DNA of 64,000 nucleotides, taken from NCBI GenBank assembly GCA_943324745.2, contig CALPMT020000008.1:27715-91714 (forward strand), read 5' to 3'. The notes below the pieces were generated by a model that was not told the DNA's origin, made no database searches, and worked only from the letters and a program-made list of their open reading frames with translations. Source of the DNA: Chitinophaga pinensis. GTDB taxonomy: Bacteria > Bacteroidota > Bacteroidia > Flavobacteriales_D > Crocinitomicaceae. The number at the start of each line of letters is the position of its first letter. Position 1 is the stretch's first letter. Made by a program: the position numbers and the translations under genes. Shown here piece after piece: positions 6,413 to 13,940 of this stretch.

Positions 6413-8896
6413 TTAAAAACCTAAATCCCCCATATCAGCAGATAATTTTGCAGTACTACTGTCACCATAAATATATTTATATATTAACTTTGCTTGAGCT
6501 CTAAACTTTGATTTAGCTTTAAAATTTTCATTAGCTACCCAATCTGAAAATAGTTCATCTGTCTCTTTGTTAAATTTCAAAACTTTATCTCCCTCATATT
6601 TCCATACTACATAATTCCTGTCTTCACCTTCTACTGGATTTGGATTTGGTACTATGAGTTTATATAAAGTTTTATCTTCAAATTTTTCAAAAGCAATATT
6701 ATCATATTTCCCTGTAAATATTAGTTCTTCTTTTTCGCTAATATTTAAATCATTTAAACATTCTTTTAATGATTCTAAATCTTCCTTTTTTACTCCTTCT
6801 TTTAACTCTTTTTTTATTTCATCTTGTATCAGTTGAATAGTCTCTGGATCTAATGTACAATCAGATATAGCTTCAAGCGAGTCATTAAAAATTAGACAAG
6901 TTTTTAAGTGCATTAGCATAGGATTATCTATGTAATTTAAAGATGAATCCGCTAAATAACGATATTGAGCAGAATCATTTAAATAATGATGTTTTCTTAA
7001 ATCTACAATCTTATTTAAGATTTCAGAAATATGTTGAGATATTAAATTTTCATATAATCGATACGGACTATTTTTCTTTGTAGGGTTCATTAATTCAAAT
7101 GCTTTCTCCAAATCTTCATCGCCTTTTATCATCCAATATGCAATAATTTGAGCAATTGCTTCTTGTGTTTTTTTATGCCCCGTATTGTAACCGATTCTCC
7201 AATTGGCATTATTAGCAATAGGCCAATGAGAAACCCAATGCCCTAATTCGTGCATCAATACAATTAATCGAACATCTTTTTCATCGATGTTATCATGGTT
7301 TTTAACATATGCTTCAATAACATCTTTATACAATATAATTTTACCTTCATTTGTTACATTAAGACAACCTAATTTAGTTTTTGTAGATCTATAAACACCT
7401 AATCTATTTATGTTAAAAGATTCAGAGTTTACATACTTATCCAAATCAAACAAATCTTTTTTCTCAACACCTGTTAAAGTTTCGTGATTTGCTATTTTAT
7501 CTTTAATATTTTTGGGAAGGTCTGTTTTTATGCAATTTTCATATCGGAATATACCTTCTTCTTTATCAGAATTTTTCGTATGTAATTCGTTAATTAATGA
7601 TTCATTTAACTCTTCCAATTTGTTTTTAAAATAAACTTTTGGGAAACGATCTATTTCAAACTTGAAATTTGGTTTTTTAGTATCATTTTTATCTTCATTT
7701 TGAAGTATCTTTTTTAATTCAAGCATTTTCTCCAACTCTTCAGGTGAAAACTGATATGCTACTAATTTATTTGAGTTAGTTTTTGTATACATATTAGCTA
7801 AAAGAAAATCTAAAGCTTCAATACCTTCTGTATTGTCTGTGTCTAGGGTAATAAAATGAAGTCCTTCCTTTATACCAGGAACACTTAGAAGTTTTTCCCG
7901 TAATCGAGATAATAATTTTCGACCATTAACTTCTTTATTACCAAGTTCAACCCATCGTTTTTGAACAAGTGCTAAAAATGATTTTTTTTTATCGATAGGC
8001 TCATTGGATTCATCTTCGAAATAGGAACAATTAATTAATAATTCAAAATATTTTTTTTCTTGTGGTGATAATCTGATTGAAGAAGAATATACTTTTCGGG
8101 CAAAATCTCTAATTTTTTCTACGTGGTCTTTCGTGTCAAAGTCTTCATACATTTCATCCGATAACTCAGGAAGACCATTCAAGTTTTCTATATTCGTGAA
8201 TGCAGATTTTTGTGTACTGTCATATGCTTCATCTGCTATACCATCTAAAAGAGAATTCCATTTTTTTTGTGCCTTTATAATATTTGCATCTTCTTTAAAT
8301 TCATCTTCCAAGACATTAATTGACCAAAGACTATTCATCATTCGAATAAAATATCCTGGACTTATGTCATTTATGGATTGTTTCGGAATCCGAGTATATC
8401 CCTCCACTAATCGATCATAGGCTGCATTTTCATCTTGTTTTATTAATAATCTAAAATAATTTTCATATATTCTTATTATTGAATTTCGTTCTTTTTTTGT
8501 CCAATGAGGAAATGTTTTTTCTAAAAATTCGTCGGATAATGTTAAATAACTTCTGATATCATTAGAATTATAAAAAAGATGGTTTAATTGATTTTGTATA
8601 TTTTTTAAGGTATTTCTTTTGTATTTAATTATTTCAGGCTCAACTATTACTGCTTTTTTATCTGTGTCATCTTCTTTAATCTTCTTTTTAGGAACGTATT
8701 TTTTAATTACTTCTATATTAATTATTGCATATCTTGCTTTTTCAATAATTTCTTCATTGGTGATATCCGGATAATATTCTTTGCATTTTTCGTTGAACCA
8801 GTTAGCTAATTTTTTAGCGGATTCCTTTTTTTTATCGGATATTTTCCCTTTTTCAATTGTTAAATTTTCGAATATTCTTGTTAAATCGTTTAACAT
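6413..8896 (-). CDS. Large multidomain protein: helical N-terminal region, sigma-70 region-4-like HTH (about aa 276-340), HExxH Zn-metallopeptidase site (ImmA/IrrE-like spacing)
   Basis: 827 aa, ATG start. LSPQEKKYFELL...GRKLLSRLREKLLS resembles a sigma r4/LuxR-type HTH. VLMHELGHWVSHW (H549-E550-x-x-H553, nt 7252-7235) has Glu 26 residues downstream (QEAIAQIIAYW). Confidence 0.85.
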   Translation of the reverse strand: MLNDLTRIFENLTIEKGKISDKKKESAKKLANWFNEKCKEYYPDITNEEIIEKARYAIINIEVIKKYVPKKKIKEDDTDKKAVIVEPEIIKYKRNTLKNIQNQLNHLFYNSNDIRSYLTLSDEFLEKTFPHWTKKERNSIIRIYENYFRLLIKQDENAAYDRLVEGYTRIPKQSINDISPGYFIRMMNSLWSINVLEDEFKEDANIIKAQKKWNSLLDGIADEAYDSTQKSAFTNIENLNGLPELSDEMYEDFDTKDHVEKIRDFARKVYSSSIRLSPQEKKYFELLINCSYFEDESNEPIDKKKSFLALVQKRWVELGNKEVNGRKLLSRLREKLLSVPGIKEGLHFITLDTDNTEGIEALDFLLANMYTKTNSNKLVAYQFSPEELEKMLELKKILQNEDKNDTKKPNFKFEIDRFPKVYFKNKLEELNESLINELHTKNSDKEEGIFRYENCIKTDLPKNIKDKIANHETLTGVEKKDLFDLDKYVNSESFNINRLGVYRSTKTKLGCLNVTNEGKIILYKDVIEAYVKNHDNIDEKDVRLIVLMHELGHWVSHWPIANNANWRIGYNTGHKKTQEAIAQIIAYWMIKGDEDLEKAFELMNPTKKNSPYRLYENLISQHISEILNKIVDLRKHHYLNDSAQYRYLADSSLNYIDNPMLMHLKTCLIFNDSLEAISDCTLDPETIQLIQDEIKKELKEGVKKEDLESLKECLNDLNISEKEELIFTGKYDNIAFEKFEDKTLYKLIVPNPNPVEGEDRNYVVWKYEGDKVLKFNKETDELFSDWVANENFKAKSKFRAQAKLIYKYIYGDSSTAKLSADMGDLGF
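7875..8065. repeat. Direct repeat copy 2 (inside the 827-aa gene)
   Basis: See 6210..6384. Confidence 0.8.
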
Positions 8897-8960
8897 ATTT
8901 AAAATTTTTAATTTTTATATTTCAAACCTAAATATTATATTCCGATATAAAAAATGAAAA

Positions 8961-9242
8961 TCATCTAAACCAGTTAATTAGTATTTCAATCTCTATTTTA
9001 TCTTCTTCAAAATCCTCATTTAGAAGACGTTTAATAGCATTGTACTTGATTTCAATCTGCTTTAATTGGTCATATAATTCTTTTGTTTTTACAGTATGCG
9101 CAGTAAGTAAATCATATCTCTGGTCCTTAATTAAAGTCTTGACTTTTTCAGTTTCTTCTTGTAACAAAATAAAAGCGGACTGTAGGTTTTTTAGACCATT
9201 CATTATTTCTTGTAATTCATTTTTTAAAAATTCGTTTGTCAT
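8961..9242 (-). CDS. Small coiled-coil protein (93 aa)
   Basis: ATG at 9242-9240 overlaps the TGA (9241-9239) of the upstream gene as ATGA. The sequence MTNEFLKNELQEIMNGLKNLQSAFILLQEETEKVKTLIKDQ... is heptad-like and charged. Confidence 0.6.
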   Translation of the reverse strand: MTNEFLKNELQEIMNGLKNLQSAFILLQEETEKVKTLIKDQRYDLLTAHTVKTKELYDQLKQIEIKYNAIKRLLNEDFEEDKIEIEILINWFR

Positions 9243-9736
9243 CGTAAATAAAAGTTTAGTAAATAAAATAGTCCATAAAACAAAGCACTTAATCCGAGAG
9301 AACAAAGTAAAAATGGGTAACTATTTTTTAGATAATACCAAAAAGGTGTAATTCGATACCAATCTAAAGAATCATCGAAGATAGAATCTCTATCCTCATT
9401 TATCACACGATTTGGACCCCATTCTTTTTCATCCATCGGATTACATTCGATATCTTCTTCTAAAATATCTTCTTGAATCAGGCATCGATCTATCACTAAT
9501 TTTCGTGTTTGAACAATATAATAAACATCCATTATATACAAATTTGCAAGTATTGGTAGTATGAAATAGGTTCCTATATTGACTTCGATGAAGAAAACTA
9601 CAAAAAATAGAAATAATTGAAAATAAAAAGGAACTCCGTTTGGTAATGGAATCTTTCCAAAGACTTTCCCAAATCGTTGGTGTAATTCTAACTTTCTTAA
9701 GTAATAAACTGTTTTATCTAATTCATTTTCTGTCAT
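9239..9736 (-). CDS. Small integral membrane protein (165 aa)
   Basis: Hydrophobic hairpin FYFQLFLFFVVFFIEVNIGTYFILPILANLYIM and C-terminal TM PFLLCSLGLSALFYGLFYLLNFY, with an acidic loop between them; 29 nt downstream of the AAA+ gene. Confidence 0.7.
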   Translation of the reverse strand: MTENELDKTVYYLRKLELHQRFGKVFGKIPLPNGVPFYFQLFLFFVVFFIEVNIGTYFILPILANLYIMDVYYIVQTRKLVIDRCLIQEDILEEDIECNPMDEKEWGPNRVINEDRDSIFDDSLDWYRITPFWYYLKNSYPFLLCSLGLSALFYGLFYLLNFYLR

Positions 9737-9765
9737 AAGAGTTGAGTTTTTGATAATTATTATTC

Positions 9766-11187
9766 CTAACAGCGAAATCCAATTTTCCCATTGGATTTTA
9801 ATAAACCATCTTCTTGCAATATCGTTTCAATTTCATTTTGATTTAGTTCGCCTAATTCGCTTAATAATTCCATTTTAAGTTCGCAGTTTACTAATTGTGC
9901 AGGAGTCCAGTCGGATTGAATAATTTGTTTAGAAAATACTTTTGAAATTCGTTGATTGATTGGGGAAGCATGCATTAATAGTTCTCTTACTTCTACAGAT
10001 GGAAAATCAATTTTTGATTTAAATAAAAATCTTCGTTCGAATGCTTTATCCATATTTTTCTCCATATTGGTTGTCGCAATTAATATCCCTTTGAAGTTTT
10101 CTAATAATTCTAAAATCTGCGCTTGTAGTTGATTTGAGAAGATGTCATTACTTTGGTTAACAGCAACGCGTTTATTCATTAAACCATCCGCTTCATTCAA
10201 AAGAAGTATTACAGGACGGTCTGTTTCTCGTGCTAAAGTATGATATGCTTTAAAAAGTTGTTTAATGTTTTTTTCTGATTCACCAATCCATTTTGAAACA
10301 ATTTTAGTGTAATCTGCATGCATCAAAATTGCATTTGTGTTTTTTGTCAATTGATATACAAATTCTGTTTTCCCAGTGCCCGAAGGACCAAATAATAAAG
10401 TAGTCAATGAATGCTGCAAGTGTTTTTTAGCGTGAATGATTCCTTCTAGCGAATCGAAAAGTTTTCTGTTTGAAGCATTGTAATGTAAAGTGATTGGTTT
10501 GATGTCGTTTGAATCGATTAAAGAATAAAAATCATACTGTTTTGTTTTTATTTCTTCTAAAATTGGCACATCCAATCCGTTCATTAACATGACACATCTT
10601 TTAGTCGGAGCAATTCTAGCACAAATTCCATTCTCAATTTTTACGTTTAACAATTCTTGCTCCATGTTTTTCGCTTCTTGGTCTATAAACAATTGTGTTA
10701 TTTGATAATGTTCAGTAGGGGATAATTTAATTTCACTTAAGAAAACAGGATGATCATTTTCTAAAAAATGACTAACAACATAAAGTAAAATTTTTATTTC
10801 TAGATCATTTATTTTGTTGCTAATTATAAAGTCTAAAAATGTGTTTTGAAAGTTTTTTCCAAAAAATGCATGCTTAAAATCAAGAAATTTTTTCGCATTG
10901 GTGTTTGCTAAAAAGAAATTGAAAAGTAGATATCCTTCCTTATAAAAGAGGTTTAGTTCACTTTCCTCAACATTGGAGGATTGATTTAATTCAACCGATA
11001 AGGAGGAACTATTTCTCCCAATTTTGAGTTTTATTTTACCCGATTTTAAATTTAAAAACAAACATTTTAGATTGGTTAAAGAATGACCATTAAAAAAGTT
11101 TTCGTTTAAACAAATGGTTTCTTGGTTTGCCAGTTTTTGAATTGCTAACTTTAAACTTGACACACTATTTTTCTGGATACTATTCAT
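9766..11187 (-). CDS. Classic-clade AAA+ ATPase with an unassigned N-terminal region of about 230 aa
   Basis: Walker A LLFGPSGTGKTE, Walker B VILLLNEADGL, sensor-1 ILIATTNM, arginine pair AFERRF, then IDFPS. Confidence 0.9.
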   Translation of the reverse strand: MNSIQKNSVSSLKLAIQKLANQETICLNENFFNGHSLTNLKCLFLNLKSGKIKLKIGRNSSSLSVELNQSSNVEESELNLFYKEGYLLFNFFLANTNAKKFLDFKHAFFGKNFQNTFLDFIISNKINDLEIKILLYVVSHFLENDHPVFLSEIKLSPTEHYQITQLFIDQEAKNMEQELLNVKIENGICARIAPTKRCVMLMNGLDVPILEEIKTKQYDFYSLIDSNDIKPITLHYNASNRKLFDSLEGIIHAKKHLQHSLTTLLFGPSGTGKTEFVYQLTKNTNAILMHADYTKIVSKWIGESEKNIKQLFKAYHTLARETDRPVILLLNEADGLMNKRVAVNQSNDIFSNQLQAQILELLENFKGILIATTNMEKNMDKAFERRFLFKSKIDFPSVEVRELLMHASPINQRISKVFSKQIIQSDWTPAQLVNCELKMELLSELGELNQNEIETILQEDGLLKSNGKIGFRC

Positions 11188-11342
11188 AGAGTTGGATTTA
11201 TATATGATTAATATTGAGTAAATTACTAATGATTTTGTATTCTTTTAAAACCGTTAGAATCGGTTTAATCTATTATTTTAGATAAATCAGGAAATAGAAT
11301 ACGATTTTTGAACTTAAATAAGTCTAATATATATTTGCACTA

Positions 11343-11804
11343 TTAATCTATACTATATATTCCATACGGATTACTAATACCTTTAAAACTTAAATTACCT
11401 CGTTCATCAACGCTAAAAGTAATTTGCCAAGGGATTAATGCATCCCCAGTTTCGGGATCTGTAGTCTGATATTGAAATCCAAGAACGTCTTTATCGTCAA
11501 GTATGTTTTTTAAACCGTGCTCTAAAATATAAATAGCAAATTCATATTCCTCAAAAGAAGATCCTTTAGAAATGGAATCAAATTTTACTTTATCTAATGT
11601 CGTTTTACACTTTGTCTTTAAAGTGTCTATTTCAACAACAAGAGTAACGATGGAATCATTTTTTATTTCTTGACTTAATCCAGTGAATAGGATACTTGAA
11701 GAAAGTATGATTAAAACTAACATATACTTGCATTTGTTAGACTGATTGTTTTTGACATTAAAATCTAATGGGACTTTTGTTGACATTATCAACTTACTTT
11801 TCAT
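11343..11804 (-). CDS. Hypothetical membrane-anchored or secreted protein
   Basis: 153-aa ORF; hydrophobic segment MLVLIILSSSILFTGLS after a basic N-terminus (an internal start at 11723 is possible); no domain recognised. Confidence 0.5.
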   Translation of the reverse strand: MKSKLIMSTKVPLDFNVKNNQSNKCKYMLVLIILSSSILFTGLSQEIKNDSIVTLVVEIDTLKTKCKTTLDKVKFDSISKGSSFEEYEFAIYILEHGLKNILDDKDVLGFQYQTTDPETGDALIPWQITFSVDERGNLSFKGISNPYGIYSID

Positions 11805-12266
11805 AATCTTTTATTTTAAGAGTGAATATTCGCTTCTTAAATAGATAACTAACAAAAGATAATTTTTGTGACAGAATTTTTAATGTTTTTAAAAACTATT
11901 TTAATAACGTGTAATTCTTTAATATATTGATTGTGATTTTGAATTTCAGAAAGGAGCAGAAATTAAATGGATTTCTTTAATACAGAGGGAGGGTTTAATT
12001 TATTAAATCAGAATGTTTCAATTTTTACTTTGTTAAAATCAACTTATAATCTTCTGCGTAAATCTGTATGTAATCCCCCTTTTTTTCCTCCACTAATATA
12101 TTATCCTTTTATTATTTTCTAAAATAATTGAAATTTTCTCATCAAACATTTATTCAGTTTGTTACGTTTCAATACCAAACATTACCTCTTTGCGAAAAAA
12201 TTATTTAATAGAATAAGTTTTCAATTGTGGGCTAGATGTGGGCTAGTTCTTAACTTTGCCCTAAAC

Positions 12267-12325
12267 AAAAAAACGAGTTTTAACTAAATTTCTCTTTACG
12301 ATACTCTTCATTTAAAACTCGTTTT
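12267..12325 (-). terminator. Hairpin plus T-run downstream of ssrA (large-loop terminator candidate)
   Basis: On the minus strand: AAAACGAGTTTTAA (12325-12312), 28-nt loop, TTAAAACTCGTTTT (12283-12270), then a T-run; about 50 nt past the tmRNA 3' end. Confidence 0.5.
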
Positions 12326-12373
12326 CTTTATCTCTGATTCGTCACGCGTAACTAAATACTCGTCACTTCCTTG

Positions 12374-12774
12374 TGGAGCTGGAGGGGGTTGAACCCTCGT
12401 CCAAACATAGAATTTTCAAGGCTTCTACATGTTTAGTTTTTGGTTAATTTTCGATTGTACAACGGACAAAAACACCCAATATACAACTTATCTTCTGTTG
12501 TCTTATGCCTTCCACGAAGTAAGGTTGGCACCAGTCTTAAATGAATGATTCTCCCGAGTTCCATGCCTAAAAGACGGAGGCAGCGGAGGGAGAACTTGTT
12601 CCGCCTACTATGATTCAGCTGGAATTAAGCTTTATCTATCTAATAGATTAAGCAGCAAGTGCGTATGACGTGTTGTCAATTATAGTTCGAGACAGGATAT
12701 TAAAGAGCTCCACCTCAACGCTCTACATGCTTACACTTGACTATCGCTTATGCTGTCAAATCCAATACAGCCCC
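12374..12774 (-). ncRNA. ssrA: tmRNA (transfer-messenger RNA)
   Basis: 5' GGGGCTGTATTGGATTTGACAGC. 3' GGACGAGGGTTCAACCCCCTCCAGCTCCA forms a T-arm plus a 7-bp acceptor stem with a G3-U pair. Tag frame 12677-12648 reads GAC AAC ACG TCA TAC GCA CTT GCT GCT TAA (...DNTSYALAA stop). The terminal CCA is not fully encoded. Confidence 0.95.
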
Positions 12775-12795
12775 TGTATTGTGATGTAAAGGTAC

Positions 12796-12875
12796 GATAA
12801 AAGACTTTTAGATAAAAGACTTTTAGACAAAAGAACTAGTAGATAAAAGAAAAAAGACTATTAGATCAAAGACTT
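12796..12875. repeat. Degenerate tandem array of a 15-nt unit (GATAAAAGACTTTTA)
   Basis: Two perfect copies at 12796-12810 and 12811-12825, followed by about 3 degenerate copies. Inverted AAAGAC copies occur at 12921-12927 and 12944-12950. Confidence 0.75.
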
Positions 12876-13031
12876 TAAAAAAAATAATTAATAACATCCC
12901 CTTACATCGTTCCTCTTTTAAGTCTTTGCTCTTTGTTCTTTCTGTCTTTCTTCTAATAAAATACCTAATTTGCGGTACAACTTACCAAAAGAATAGTTGG
13001 TATATTTACAATACTAATTCAAATTACGGTT

Positions 13032-13814
13032 ATGGAAATTTTTGATATCCAACAATTAAATGAACGTTTACCTGAAATTAAAGCGTCATTTCAAGCCAAG
13101 AAACCATTTCGCTATGTGGCAATTGATCATTTTTTACCAGAAGCAATTGCAAATCAGATTCATGATAACTATCCTGCTGTAAATTTGGGGGAATGGGATG
13201 GTACAACCTATTTGGATCAAAAAAATAAATTTCAGAAGTCAAAATTTGAAGCAGGTTCATTCATGCAAGAAGTATTTGATCAATTGAATGGCCCTATATT
13301 TTGCGAATGGCTGGATCGATTAGCAACATTGGAAGAACCATTAATGGGCGATCCCGATTTATTTGGGGGTGGATTACACCAATCCATAAATGGAGCATTT
13401 TTGAATGTACATGTGGATTATAATATTCATCCTAAAACACAATACCACCGACGCTTAAATGCGATTATCTATTTGAATAAAGATTGGAAAGAGGAATACC
13501 AAGGACATAATGAATTGTGGGACTTCACCAATGGAAAAAAAGTGATGCTCGATAGAGTTGCGCCAATTTTTAATCGTTGTGTGATTTTTGAAACCAACGA
13601 AATTTCTTTTCATGGTCACCCAACACCTTTAAATACACCCGAAGGTATAACGCGTAAATCTTTGGCAACTTACTATTACACCAAAGATCGTCCGGAACAT
13701 GAAAAAGTATCCGACCATAATACGATTTATGTAAATACGGAAGGTTCTTTTGGTCAATGGAAACGCTTTGTAGCTGGAGTAAAAGCTTTTGCAGAACGTA
13801 CTTTTAAGAAATGA
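13032..13814 (+). CDS. 2OG-Fe(II) oxygenase (prolyl-hydroxylase-like)
   Basis: GGGLHQSINGAFLNVHVDYN (HxD), ISFHGHP (distal His), RKSLATYYY; paralogue of 49945..50787. Confidence 0.75.
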   Translation: MEIFDIQQLNERLPEIKASFQAKKPFRYVAIDHFLPEAIANQIHDNYPAVNLGEWDGTTYLDQKNKFQKSKFEAGSFMQEVFDQLNGPIFCEWLDRLATLEEPLMGDPDLFGGGLHQSINGAFLNVHVDYNIHPKTQYHRRLNAIIYLNKDWKEEYQGHNELWDFTNGKKVMLDRVAPIFNRCVIFETNEISFHGHPTPLNTPEGITRKSLATYYYTKDRPEHEKVSDHNTIYVNTEGSFGQWKRFVAGVKAFAERTFKK

Positions 13815-13927
13815 CGGAATTTCAGTAATGAGTGAAGGAAGAGACGAGTGACGATATGAGGCTTAGGAAATGAAGTAATTTTTAGATTCAATTTTCAATT
13901 AATCTCATTTTCAAATTTTCAAATTTG

Positions 13928-13935
13928 TACTTTTG
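13928..13935 (+). promoter_or_regulatory. Bacteroidota -7 box candidate (TACTTTTG fits TAnnTTTG)
   Basis: The motif ends 5 nt before ATG 13941, implying a near-leaderless mRNA; no clear -33 TTTG. Confidence 0.3.
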
Positions 13936-13940
13936 CAGTC

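Noticed and set aside
9243-9305. The N-terminal extension of track ORF 8961..9305
   Set aside because: It would overlap the membrane-protein gene by 67 nt. The ATG at 9242 forms an ATGA coupling with the upstream stop and begins the coiled-coil sequence.
11984-11999. AGAGGGAGGGTTTAAT, resembling the ssrA T-arm segment CTGGAGGGGGTTGAAC (a possible degenerate att repeat)
   Set aside because: The match is only about 11 of 14 positions over a G-rich stretch, with no flanking similarity to the tmRNA 3' end. It is too weak to call an att site.
11967-12122. A 51-codon + strand ORF (MDFFNTEGGFNLL...) preceded by AGGAG in the spacer between gene 11804 and ssrA
   Set aside because: It is short, on the opposite strand to all neighbours and Pro/Phe-rich at its end. 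Shine-Dalgarno sites are not generally used in Bacteroidota, so there is no supporting evidence.
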